A stretch of DNA of 64,000 bases from Candidatus Dojkabacteria bacterium (GCA_040006935.1 JBDTVZ010000001.1:295772-359771), one strand, 5' to 3'; positions 6,753 to 16,445 are shown, counted from the stretch's first letter. The notes: generated by a model not told the origin, from the letters alone. Numbers and translations are program-made.

Positions 6753-9329
6753 TTAATTATTAATAATTTGTAAATGTTGTTCTTTCAATTTCTCAACTTC
6801 TGTCGCCAAAATTTCCACATACAATGCATAACCAATTGTAGAAATATACCCACTCTGTTGGTCTCCTAAGATATTACCTGCACCTCTAATTTCTAAATCT
6901 CTACTTGCAATTCTAAACCCTGCGCCTAAGTCTTGATTATCCACCAAAGTTTGGAGTCTGTCTAGATATAATTTAGGTTTAATTTTCTTTTCATTCGCTT
7001 CTTCATTCGTAATTCGTAATTCGTCATTATCTTCTAATTTTGCCCCATCATAAAGTAGGTAACAGTATCCTTGTATATCTGATCTTCCAACTCTTCCTCT
7101 TAATTGATAAAGTTGTGATAATCCAAAATTTTGAGCTCTATTAATAATCATTGTATTAACATTTGGAATGTCTAAGCCATTTTCGATAATAGAAGTTGCA
7201 ATCAAAACGTCATGTTTTTTAATATAAAAATCAGACATAATTCTATCCAATTCCTGTGGACTCATTTGACCATGTGCATGAACAAATTTAATTCCAGGTA
7301 AAAGTCTTTTTAATTTTTCCTCAGTTGCTTTAATCGACATTACTTGGTTATGTACAAAGTAAACTTGGCCTCCTCTAGAAACTTCATACTCAATTGCTTT
7401 TATTGCTCTGTTAAGGCCTGCCCGCCCTCCTGACATGTCGGGAGCAGGCGGGTCGTTTTTAATAATTTCTGTTTTAACTGATTTTCTATTTACTGGAGGC
7501 GTAGATATAATGGATATATCTTGGATAGAAGAGAGTGCCATGCTCAAAGTTCTTGGAATTGGTGTCGCACTTACGGATAATACATGTACCCCATAGTTTA
7601 GAGTTTTGATTTTTTCTTTTTGTTTAACTCCAAACTTTTGTTCTTCGTCTACCACAAGAAGTTTTAACTTTTTAAATTTAACATCATTACTTAATAATCT
7701 GTGAGTTCCAACAACAATGTCCACTTTCCCAGTATTCATTTTATCTACAATTTGATTATTTTTTTCCTTTGTATTAAATCTTGAAATCATTTCGATCGAG
7801 AAAGGAAAGCTCTTGAACCTCTTTTTTAATACTTCAAAATGTTGTGCAGCTAGAATAGTTGTAGGAGCTAGGATGCCAACTTGGCCTCCACCTTCAACAA
7901 CTTTAAATGCAGCTCTCATTAAAACTTCTGTCTTTCCAAATCCAACATCTCCAACTAAAAGTCGATTCATTGGTTTATTTTTTGTTAAATCTGATAAAAC
8001 TTCGTTGATCGACCTGAGTTGATCTTCAGTTTCTTTAAAAGCAAATTCTTCAGTAAATATTTCATAATCTTTAGAATCTTTTTCTGAGATTGGTTCTGCA
8101 CTTGCCACTTCTCGTTTAGCGTAATGCTCAACAAGTTCGTGAGCCAAAAGACTTGTGGATTTTTTAATTTTCTCTTTTACTTGTGCCCATTGAACTCTTC
8201 CAAGTTTTGATAATCTAGGTTCTGAACCTTCGTTTCCAATAAATTTAGTAATTTTTTCAATCTGATTTATTGGAACAAATAGTTGATCTTCTCCAAAATA
8301 CCTAAGCTCTAAATATTCCATCATATTTCCATCTACTTCTTGTTGAGTTAAACCTTTGTATTCTGCAATTCCATAATCTTCGTGAACAACATAATCACCC
8401 ATTTCTATATTTCCTTCAAACTGCCTTAATAATTTTTGAATGTTTGAATTAAACTTCTTAGATTTTTCTGGACGAGTAAGGAAAATAGTCCCGTAAATTT
8501 CTCTATCAGTGAAAACTGCGATCTTAAGAGACTCTGAAATGAACCCAGCTGCAAGGTTAAGGGTCTTGAGTTGATGTGAGATTGTGTTACGAGTAAGTCC
8601 AGTGACTGAGTCCTCTTCAATATTTAACTCAGAATAGTTAGTACTTAATCTGTTGACTGTTTCATTGCTGCTTTTTATTATAATCTCGTAACTCAGTTTC
8701 CTCATTCTCTCGACCTCTAGCTCGAAAATATTAATTTTCGAATAGAACAGAGGAGGGAAGGTAAAGTCTGAATTCATTACATCAAACCCAGAAGGAGAAA
8801 TTTCTCTTAACGAATTTACAAAGATCATCTTCTCAAGTTCATTATTTTTTAATTCGTCATTCGTAATTCGTAATTTTATAGATTCTCTTTCTGTCTTGTC
8901 CTCTATAATCACATCTGAAAGATAAAATCTCTTTATAGGCTCAATCTTTCGACCATATAGTTCGTCAAATAAATACAATGACTCCATTTCTTCACCAAAG
9001 AATTCAATTCTGATTGGATGCTCGTAACCAATTGGCCATAATGAAACAATATCTCCCTTGATTGTATAGTCAAGCTTCTCGGTAATTTGTTCAACTCGAT
9101 TAAATATTGGGAGCTCTTCTTGTGCTACAGAAGTATCTCGAGAATTAACAGCTTGTCTTTCTAAATATTTCTTAATATTGCTAAAAGTTATGTCAGAATA
9201 AGGCTTGAGATCATTTAGGAAATCGACAATTTCTCTGGAATATAAATTTGAATATACAAAACCACCCTCGTTTTTTAAAAACAGGGGTATTAAATGCGGA
9301 AGGGTTTTTATTAACTTTATTCGTTGCAT
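6753..9329 (-). CDS. mfd: Transcription-repair coupling factor (shortened at both ends)
   Basis: CarD/RID domain (GDYVVHEDYG), GDVGFGKTE, DEEQKFGV, SATPIPRTL, QLRGRVGR and DLEIRGAGNILG. Confidence 0.93.
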   Translation of the reverse strand: MQRIKLIKTLPHLIPLFLKNEGGFVYSNLYSREIVDFLNDLKPYSDITFSNIKKYLERQAVNSRDTSVAQEELPIFNRVEQITEKLDYTIKGDIVSLWPIGYEHPIRIEFFGEEMESLYLFDELYGRKIEPIKRFYLSDVIIEDKTERESIKLRITNDELKNNELEKMIFVNSLREISPSGFDVMNSDFTFPPLFYSKINIFELEVERMRKLSYEIIIKSSNETVNRLSTNYSELNIEEDSVTGLTRNTISHQLKTLNLAAGFISESLKIAVFTDREIYGTIFLTRPEKSKKFNSNIQKLLRQFEGNIEMGDYVVHEDYGIAEYKGLTQQEVDGNMMEYLELRYFGEDQLFVPINQIEKITKFIGNEGSEPRLSKLGRVQWAQVKEKIKKSTSLLAHELVEHYAKREVASAEPISEKDSKDYEIFTEEFAFKETEDQLRSINEVLSDLTKNKPMNRLLVGDVGFGKTEVLMRAAFKVVEGGGQVGILAPTTILAAQHFEVLKKRFKSFPFSIEMISRFNTKEKNNQIVDKMNTGKVDIVVGTHRLLSNDVKFKKLKLLVVDEEQKFGVKQKEKIKTLNYGVHVLSVSATPIPRTLSMALSSIQDISIISTPPVNRKSVKTEIIKNDPPAPDMSGGRAGLNRAIKAIEYEVSRGGQVYFVHNQVMSIKATEEKLKRLLPGIKFVHAHGQMSPQELDRIMSDFYIKKHDVLIATSIIENGLDIPNVNTMIINRAQNFGLSQLYQLRGRVGRSDIQGYCYLLYDGAKLEDNDELRITNEEANEKKIKPKLYLDRLQTLVDNQDLGAGFRIASRDLEIRGAGNILGDQQSGYISTIGYALYVEILATEVEKLKEQHLQIINN
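7416..7452 (-). repeat. In-frame palindromic element inside mfd
   Basis: CCCGCCTGCTCCCGACATGTCAGGAGGGCGGGCAGGC is near-identical to intergenic 9479-9514; encodes PPAPDMSGGRAG. Confidence 0.9.
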
Positions 9330-9380
9330 TAGAACGTAATTATAGCATGGGAAGTGTTAACCTGTTGTATATTTATTACG

Positions 9381-9703
9381 TAAGGACGCATCTGCCGTGT
9401 GTAGGGTTTGTAGACCTGAGATTCGTAGGGGACGCATTTATGCGTCCCCTATAAAAGTGCCAGAATCAAAGAGTAATCCCCGCCTGCTCCCGACCAGCAG
9501 GAGGGCGGGCAGGCAACTTCATGCGGTATTGAACTGCCAGAAACAAAGAAGAGGTGGTAAGGTCAAGATACAAAATGACGATAACTTGTGTATACTCAAC
9601 ATAGATCAAGGGCGTGTTACCTGCCTGACTGCGCAGTCAGGCATGGCGCCCTTGACGGGATTGGCCACGCCTCGCTGATAAAATCAGCTCGGCTCGCAAT
9701 GAC
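9381..9703. repeat. Cluster of REP-like palindromes (GTAG-type 9425-9452; CCCGCCTGC-type 9479-9514; nested element 9607-9654; CTCGCAATGAC-type 9660-9703)
   Basis: Multiple GC-rich inverted repeats, each with copies elsewhere in the window. Confidence 0.88.
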
Positions 9704-9714
9704 ATCCAAGCAAC

Positions 9715-9740
9715 AAAAAAGGCTCCTTACGGAGCCTTTT
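9715..9740 (-). terminator. Intrinsic terminator of the DEAD-box helicase gene (bidirectional form)
   Basis: AAAAAAGGCTCC-TTAC-GGAGCCTTTT. Confidence 0.85.
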
Positions 9741-9761
9741 ATTACTTTTTCAGATTTCTAG

Positions 9762-11339
9762 TTAACTAACAAATGTTAATGCATTACCTTTTTTACCCGC
9801 TCTTCCTGTTCTTCCAATTCTATGAACATAATCTTCATATGTCGCTGGTTCATCATAATTGATCACATGACTAACGTTTGGTATGTCTAGACCTCTTGCG
9901 GCAACATCAGTTGCAATAAGGATACTGATCTTTTCATTCTTAAATTTATATAACGCCTGTTGTCTTTTGAACTGAGATTTATCTCCATGAATGCTGTCTG
10001 CCTTAAATCCAGCTGTTGAAAGCTCTCTTGTAAGTTTGTCAGCACCAATTTTTGTTCTGGTAAAGATGAGTACTTTATAAAATTCAGGTTTGTTTAAAAG
10101 TTCTTTTAATGTATCTATTTTATTTGCTCCTGGTGCAACTCTAATAATGTCTTGGTCAACATTTTTTGCTGTATCTCCTGTTTTTACAGAAACTTTAACT
10201 GGATCTGTAAGAAATGAATTTATGATTCCTTCCATTTGCTTCTCCAATGTAGCAGAGAAGAATAGTGATTGTCTTTGCTTAGGAAATTTTTCTACTAAGA
10301 ATCTGACATCATCTACAAATCCCATGTCCAACATTCGATCAACTTCGTCTAAAACAATGTTTTTAAATCCAGAGAGGTCCAACATTCTTCTATTTACTAA
10401 ATCCTTTAATCTTCCTGGTGTTCCAATTACAAAGTTGAATCGTCTTCTCAATCCATACATTTGGGCTCTTATGTTAGCTCCTCCAATGCATAATACGGAA
10501 TACATATTCATAAATTTACTAAAATCTCTAAATTCATCTTCAATTTGTAGTGCCAACTCTCTTGTTGGAACAATAATCAAAGCTTGTTCGTTTGGATTTG
10601 CAAGTACTTTACTTATAAGTGGAAGCAAAAATGCAGCAGTTTTACCTGTTCCAGTGTTTGCGATTCCAAGTACGTCTTTGCCTTCTATAATTAGAGGTAT
10701 TGTTTGATCTTGAATTGGAGTCGGATTTTTATATCCCTTCAATTCAACATTCTTTTTAACTCTAGCATCTAATTTGAAGTCGTTAAATTCGTATTTAGCA
10801 ACGTAAGGTATTTCTTCTACTAATTCACCTTTTTTAATATATTTGCTTTGATTTATTACTGACGAAAATCTTGCGCCTCTATTCCCGCCCCTATAACCTC
10901 CTGATGATCTACCATAACTTGAACTTCCGCCTCTGTATCCACCTGATGATCTGTTTTGGGAATAACTGCTTCTGTTTTCTGTTCGGTTGTAACCACCTTC
11001 AGGTCTGTTGTAATTGCCTTCTGTTCTGTTTTCGTTTTGGCTAGAATCTCTTCCTCCAAAATTACTATCTGAACTTGGTCTTCTATCATTTCCAAATCTT
11101 CTTGGACCTCTATTTGTTGATGCTGGTCTGAAAGAATAATCTGAGTCAGATCTTCTAGTTTCTGAATCGAAAGGTTTTCGTTCTGGTAAACGTGAATTTC
11201 CGCTTAAGAAATCATTCTTTGGACCTGTTGAAGAAGAATTAAAATCTCTTCTTGGTCTTTCTGTTCTATCCGAAGCTCCTTTAAAAGGATACTTTCTCTT
11301 TTGAAAACCACCTGGTTTTCTGTTGTTGTTATCGTACAT
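9762..11339 (-). CDS. DEAD-box RNA helicase (RhlE/CshA-like) with long N-terminal R/G/S-rich disordered region
   Basis: Q motif PTPIQ, ANTGTGKT, PTRELA, TPGR, DEVD, SAT, ARGLD and HRIGRTGR. Confidence 0.95.
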   Translation of the reverse strand: MYDNNNRKPGGFQKRKYPFKGASDRTERPRRDFNSSSTGPKNDFLSGNSRLPERKPFDSETRRSDSDYSFRPASTNRGPRRFGNDRRPSSDSNFGGRDSSQNENRTEGNYNRPEGGYNRTENRSSYSQNRSSGGYRGGSSSYGRSSGGYRGGNRGARFSSVINQSKYIKKGELVEEIPYVAKYEFNDFKLDARVKKNVELKGYKNPTPIQDQTIPLIIEGKDVLGIANTGTGKTAAFLLPLISKVLANPNEQALIIVPTRELALQIEDEFRDFSKFMNMYSVLCIGGANIRAQMYGLRRRFNFVIGTPGRLKDLVNRRMLDLSGFKNIVLDEVDRMLDMGFVDDVRFLVEKFPKQRQSLFFSATLEKQMEGIINSFLTDPVKVSVKTGDTAKNVDQDIIRVAPGANKIDTLKELLNKPEFYKVLIFTRTKIGADKLTRELSTAGFKADSIHGDKSQFKRQQALYKFKNEKISILIATDVAARGLDIPNVSHVINYDEPATYEDYVHRIGRTGRAGKKGNALTFVS

Positions 11340-11586
11340 ACGTAACTGTAAAAAATAATATTATCCCGCTAAACCAAGCTCTAAAACCATTTTTAAGCAT
11401 AAAGCCGGTTCGAACAATAATCTGTTTCGTAAAACGAAACCTATTTAGCTTCTCAGGAAAAATATTTGTTTCTTACACAAGACAAGAAGCTAATTGCGAA
11501 GATAGGAATATTATACCACAGATTCGATCTAAAAGCTACTTTAAGTAGAGTTCTTGGCGAACCATACCATCTAAGACTATCCATGA

Positions 11587-12315
11587 TTACTTACTCTCTT
11601 TAGAATAATAAGCTATACATTTCACTAGATAGTATAACCAGAAAATACTTACAATAATGGCTCCAGATAAGTATTCTCCCGGAACTGGTGAAGTATAAGT
11701 TATTACTTTCCCATTATCTAAAATATAATTTACAATTTGGTAAATACTAGTTGGTATCAAGATTAAACTACTTAAACTAAATATAGCTAATAAAGTAAAA
11801 TTGTAAGTTTTAGCAATCAAACTATATGGTGAAACTGGACCACTAATTCTTTTTATAAATAGAATATTTAATAAAATATGAAGTGCAAAAATAATTAAAG
11901 AACTGACCAGTAGAGAGACTCCAATTACTAATTCTTCACGCTGAGCAGTTGTATTTACAATATATTGATTACTATTAATAGTAATTAAGGATTGATTATC
12001 ACCTAAGTAAGTAGCATCCGGAGCTATCGGTTTTGAATCAACAGGAGTCGGTTGATAATAATTATTAACTTGATAACTAAATTGATAGCCACCAATGTAA
12101 CTCATGGTCGCTCTTAAAATCGATATCAGGCCTGTTGCGATGAATACAATACTCAATAGGCAAATCCCATAGTAATAAACTTGTAAAATTCTACCCACAC
12201 TTATTTTTCTTGGATGAGAATCTTTTAATCTACCTGTTAGAAACGAAACTCCACCAATCAAAACTCCCAAAAATACCATGAGACCGGCAATAAATAAGAA
12301 TATGCTTGTAGACAT
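11587..12315 (-). CDS. Multi-pass membrane protein (DUF5671-like)
   Basis: About 5 hydrophobic segments; YYYGICLLS..ATGL and IFALH patterns. Confidence 0.65.
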   Translation of the reverse strand: MSTSIFLFIAGLMVFLGVLIGGVSFLTGRLKDSHPRKISVGRILQVYYYGICLLSIVFIATGLISILRATMSYIGGYQFSYQVNNYYQPTPVDSKPIAPDATYLGDNQSLITINSNQYIVNTTAQREELVIGVSLLVSSLIIFALHILLNILFIKRISGPVSPYSLIAKTYNFTLLAIFSLSSLILIPTSIYQIVNYILDNGKVITYTSPVPGEYLSGAIIVSIFWLYYLVKCIAYYSKESK

Positions 12316-12445
12316 AAATATGTTTTAAGATTTAATTAAATACAGTATACATTCTTTGCTATACCATTACGAGTAGTAAGAATAGCCTATTTAATATTTC
12401 ATCCTTCTGTCCTATAATCCTATTAATATTCTTTATACCCATATT

Positions 12446-13222
12446 ATGGAAATTGTTTTACTTTGCATGTGTTTAATAGGATTCTTTATAATCTTTACAG
12501 TTTTCTCAGGATTTAGAATCGTAAATCAGTATCAAATAGGTATTATAATGAGATTGGGTAAAATAGTTGGTATTGCACAACCTGGATTAACATTAATTAT
12601 TCCTTATATTGATAGAATAGTTTTAATTGATACAAGAACTGTGACTCTTCCTATTCAATCTCAGAAAATTATCACTAAAGACAATGTTTCGATTGATGTT
12701 GCTGGAGTTGCATATTTCAGAATAATTGATGCAATCAAATCTTATACTCAAATTACAAATGCAAACGCAGCAGTTGATCAAATAGCCCAAACTACTGTTA
12801 GAGAAATTATAGGAAGATTTATTCTTGATGATCTTTTAACTAAGACAGATGAAATTAATACAGAAATCAGAACAATTTTAGATAAACATACAGAAACATG
12901 GGGAATTGAAGTTACTATTGTTCAGTTGAAAGATATTGAATTACCAGAATCAATGAAGAGAGCAATGTCAAAAGAAGCTGAAGCAGAAAGAGAGAAGAGA
13001 GCAAAAATTATTGCTGCTGAAGGAGAGTTTCAGGCATCAAAACAACTTGCAGAAGCAGCTAAAGTTATGGCAGCACAACCTATTACACTTGAATTGAGAA
13101 CTCTTCAAACATTAACTAATATTGCTGAAGAAAAAAATTCTACAATAATATTCCCTGCGAGATTTATGGATATTGCTGAGGTTTTGGGTGATTTAGGTAA
13201 GAAATTTATGCCGAAGGAATAA
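12446..13222 (+). CDS. SPFH/band 7 (stomatin-like) protein
   Basis: N-terminal TM, ITKDNV, AQTTVREIIG, WGIEV, EAEREKRAKIIAAEGE. Confidence 0.93.
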   Translation: MEIVLLCMCLIGFFIIFTVFSGFRIVNQYQIGIIMRLGKIVGIAQPGLTLIIPYIDRIVLIDTRTVTLPIQSQKIITKDNVSIDVAGVAYFRIIDAIKSYTQITNANAAVDQIAQTTVREIIGRFILDDLLTKTDEINTEIRTILDKHTETWGIEVTIVQLKDIELPESMKRAMSKEAEAEREKRAKIIAAEGEFQASKQLAEAAKVMAAQPITLELRTLQTLTNIAEEKNSTIIFPARFMDIAEVLGDLGKKFMPKE

Positions 13223-13223
13223 T

Positions 13224-13473
13224 GTAAGGACTGAGATTCGTAGTGGACGCATTTATGCGTCCACTCATAGATTGCCAGATCCAGCTTAGATCCAACCCCA
13301 CCTATCTTTAACTGCCTTGTGAGTAAATGAGGTGGTAAGGTTCATAAATATTATTCTCATTCTCTCCTCCTCTTTGTAACCTGCCTGCCGTCCGTGTCTG
13401 CCGACAGGCGTCAGGCACAGAAGGAGGGAGGGAGGAGTTATTAACTCCCCTAACCCCTCTTAACAAGAGGGGA
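13224..13473. repeat. Cluster of REP-like palindromes
   Basis: GTAGTGGACGCATTTATGCGTCCACT (13240-13265) matches 9425-9452; CTGCC..GTGTCTGCCGACAGGC matches about 40099-40140; CCCCTAACCCCTCTT..AAGAGGGGA matches 46067-46098 in reverse. Confidence 0.85.
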
Positions 13474-13498
13474 AACCTCACACTTCAATTTGAGAAAC

Positions 13499-13526
13499 AG
13501 AAAGCGAGGTTAATAAACCTCGCTTC
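13499..13526 (-). terminator. Hairpin between convergent SPFH gene and typA
   Basis: AAGCGAGGTT-AATA-AACCTCGCTT. Confidence 0.7.
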
Positions 13527-13546
13527 CCAGCCCACTTATTTTAATT

Positions 13547-15439
13547 TTACTTAGCTCCCATTTGCTGTTTAGCAAAATCTGTTAGATTTTTTCTCTTACT
13601 CCAATCTCTTTCTGTTTTTGTTAAGAAAGCCTTTCTTAATCTTAAATGTTTTGGTGTAACTTCTAAAACTTCATCGTCGTTCATGAAAACTAATGCGAAT
13701 TCTAAAGTTAATGCTTTAATTGCTTTTAGAGTAGTTTGAGTAATTTCGTCGTGCTTCATTCTAACTGCAGATTTTTGTCTTTCCTTTACTGGATTAACTT
13801 CCAAATCGGCATCATACTTATTTATTCCTAAAATCATTCCTGTATAAACTTCTGTTCCTGGTTCTGTAAATAATTCTCCTCTTTCTTGAATAGTATTTAA
13901 TGAGTAACCCATTGCAACTCCTGGATCAGTAGAAATTAGAACTCCTTTTCTATAAATTTCTGTTTGATGAGTATACGGAACATTATCAATTATGAAGTTA
14001 TTCATTACTAAGTTACCTTTAGTTTGAGTTAAAAGGATATTCCTTAAACCCAAAAGGTTTCTTGTTAAGATTTTATAAGTAAACCTTGCTTGTCCATTTT
14101 CAAGTTTTAAATCCTGCATTTCTGCTCTTCTTTCTGCTAGTGCAGAAGTTACAGTACCTTGATACTCTGAAGGTACATCAATAATTACTTCTTCTAGTGG
14201 TTCGAACTTTTTGCCATCGATTTCTTTCATTAAAACTTCTGGTCTTCTAATTTGGAATTCATACCCTTCTCTTCTTAATGTTTCAATTAAGATCGATAAC
14301 TGAAGCTCTCCTCTTCCTGCTACATAATATGATCCACCATCACTTTTAGTAATTTTCAGAGAAATATTAGTTTCAGCTTCTTTATCCAATCTTTGTTGAA
14401 GTTGTTTTGCTGTAACAAATTTACCTTCTTTTCCAACAAGTGGAGAAGTGTTTGCTTCAAATTTAATTCGAACAGTTGGTTCAGAGATTTTAATTCCTGG
14501 TAATGCTTCTACATTAGTTGATACACAAAGTGTACCTCCAATTGCTGTAGATTCAACTCCTAAAATTGCAACAATATCTCCAGCAATAACATTATCTACT
14601 GCTTTGAATTCAAGTCCTTCTCTAACATAAAGATTTTTAATCTTTCCTGATTCTCTTTTTGGATTTTCTGTATCTCCACTTACAATTACAATATTCTCTC
14701 CTACGCGTGCTTTACCTCTGTTAATTCTTCCAATAAGCATTCTTCCTTGATAACTATCGTATTCAAGAGAACAAATTTGCATTTGTAATGGTCCATTAAT
14801 ATCTCCAACCGGTGCTGGAATATGTTCAATAATTGCATCGAGTAGAGGAGAAATATCTCCAGGTACTGTACTGAAATCTCCTTGAGCATTTTTCTGTGGA
14901 AGTTCTTTCCAAGCTTTTCCTTCTCTTCCAACTGCGTAGAAGACAGGGAAGTCTAATTGTGCTTCGTCTGTAGCAAGTGTTAAGAATAAGTCTGAAGCTT
15001 CGTTTAAAGCTTTTTCTGGTGTTGCGAATGCTTTATCTATCTTATTAATGACTAAAATAGGTTTTAAACCCATTTCTAAAGCTTTTCTAAGTACAAATTT
15101 TGTTTGTGGCATAACTCCTTCTTGTGCATCGATGATTAATAAACAACCATCTGCCATATTCAGAGTTCTTTCTACTTCTCCTCCAAAATCTGCGTGTCCT
15201 GGAGTATCAACAATGTTAATTTTATAATCATTATATGTAATAGAAACATTTTTAGCTTTTATAGTAATTCCTTTTTCTCTTTCTAAATCTCCTGTATCTA
15301 GTATCATTTCCTGGCTCATTTCATCCTGGTTATCTCTAAAAAGGTGACTTTGTTTTAGGAATGCGTCCACTAAAGTAGTTTTACCGTGGTCAACGTGAGC
15401 AATAATAGCAATGTTTCTGATTTTTGATTGGTCTTCCAT
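13547..15439 (-). CDS. typA: Translational GTPase TypA/BipA
   Basis: IRNIAIIAHVDHGKTTL, EREKGITI, DTPGHADFGGEVER, GRGELQL, EVTPK; start moved to MEDQSK (15439). Confidence 0.96.
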   Translation of the reverse strand: MEDQSKIRNIAIIAHVDHGKTTLVDAFLKQSHLFRDNQDEMSQEMILDTGDLEREKGITIKAKNVSITYNDYKINIVDTPGHADFGGEVERTLNMADGCLLIIDAQEGVMPQTKFVLRKALEMGLKPILVINKIDKAFATPEKALNEASDLFLTLATDEAQLDFPVFYAVGREGKAWKELPQKNAQGDFSTVPGDISPLLDAIIEHIPAPVGDINGPLQMQICSLEYDSYQGRMLIGRINRGKARVGENIVIVSGDTENPKRESGKIKNLYVREGLEFKAVDNVIAGDIVAILGVESTAIGGTLCVSTNVEALPGIKISEPTVRIKFEANTSPLVGKEGKFVTAKQLQQRLDKEAETNISLKITKSDGGSYYVAGRGELQLSILIETLRREGYEFQIRRPEVLMKEIDGKKFEPLEEVIIDVPSEYQGTVTSALAERRAEMQDLKLENGQARFTYKILTRNLLGLRNILLTQTKGNLVMNNFIIDNVPYTHQTEIYRKGVLISTDPGVAMGYSLNTIQERGELFTEPGTEVYTGMILGINKYDADLEVNPVKERQKSAVRMKHDEITQTTLKAIKALTLEFALVFMNDDEVLEVTPKHLRLRKAFLTKTERDWSKRKNLTDFAKQQMGAK

Positions 15440-15591
15440 AAATTTGTTTAAAAGCTTTGTATTATACCATAAAAACTGCGTTTTTTCTGCTATAAAGTTT
15501 AAAGGTTTAAAAGTTTGAAGGTTATTCAACCTTACAACATTTCAACTTTAAAACATTTGAACTAAATTAGATTTTAGTTAAAATGTTATCT

Positions 15592-16368
15592 ATGGAACAA
15601 AAACAAATTGTTGTACAAAATTTAATATTAAATTACTACGCATTAGAATCTAAGAAAGAGAAAGGTGGTAAGGTTTTAGTTTTCCTCCATGGCTGGAGAT
15701 CGGATTCTACAGTTTGGTTTGAAACAATGGAAATTATGGCAGAGTTAGGATATCACTCAATTGCGTTAGATTTGCCAGGATTTGGAAAATCTCAAACTCC
15801 AGATCAAGTTTTTAATACAGATAAATATGCTGATTTAGTTGTTGAATTTTTGAATAAATTAAAACTTGAAAAATCAATATGTATTGGTCATTCTTATGGA
15901 GGAAGAGTTTTAATTGATATTGGTGTTAATAATAAAGCAGATTTAGAAAAGATTATTTTAGTAGATGCATCTGGAGTTGGAATAAAAGAAGGCGAAATGA
16001 ATTTAAAGAAAACTTTAGCAAAGATTATAAAACCTCTTTTCAAGCCTAAGTTTATGCAAGGTTTACGAAAAAAAATTTATCAATCAATTGGAGCAGAAGA
16101 TTATATAGTTGCAGAAGACTCTCCATTTTTTAAAGAAACTTATCAAAATATATTAAGAGATCAATATAATGAACTTTTAGCAAAGATCAAAACCCCTTTG
16201 TTCATGATTTGGGGAGAAGAAGATCAGGATACCCCCTTAGTGATGGCTGTCGAAATACAACATGCTACTCATGGGAAGCTAGTAGCAATGGAAAAAGCAG
16301 GACACTTCCCCTTTATCGATCAGCCTGAAGAATTTGTAAAGATTCTCGATTCCTTCTTAACAGAATAA
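15592..16368 (+). CDS. Alpha/beta hydrolase
   Basis: FLHGW, DLPGFG, GHSYGG nucleophile, WGEEDQDTP, AGHF. Confidence 0.9.
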   Translation: MEQKQIVVQNLILNYYALESKKEKGGKVLVFLHGWRSDSTVWFETMEIMAELGYHSIALDLPGFGKSQTPDQVFNTDKYADLVVEFLNKLKLEKSICIGHSYGGRVLIDIGVNNKADLEKIILVDASGVGIKEGEMNLKKTLAKIIKPLFKPKFMQGLRKKIYQSIGAEDYIVAEDSPFFKETYQNILRDQYNELLAKIKTPLFMIWGEEDQDTPLVMAVEIQHATHGKLVAMEKAGHFPFIDQPEEFVKILDSFLTE

Positions 16369-16445
16369 TCACTGTACACTTCGATTAACTATTAAATGTA
16401 GTTATGATAATATTTACTTGCATTCCTAGATTTTAAATCTGTATT

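Noticed and set aside
9248-9678. ORFs of 68 and 93 aa on the plus strand
   Set aside because: The 93-aa ORF is a translation of the GC-rich repeat cluster; the 68-aa ORF is partly antisense to the mfd start and runs into the repeats. Neither has protein features.
10090-10707. 205-aa plus-strand ORF and similar shadow ORFs in mfd, typA, uvrD, fusA and the ppsA-like gene
   Set aside because: Antisense shadows of conserved genes
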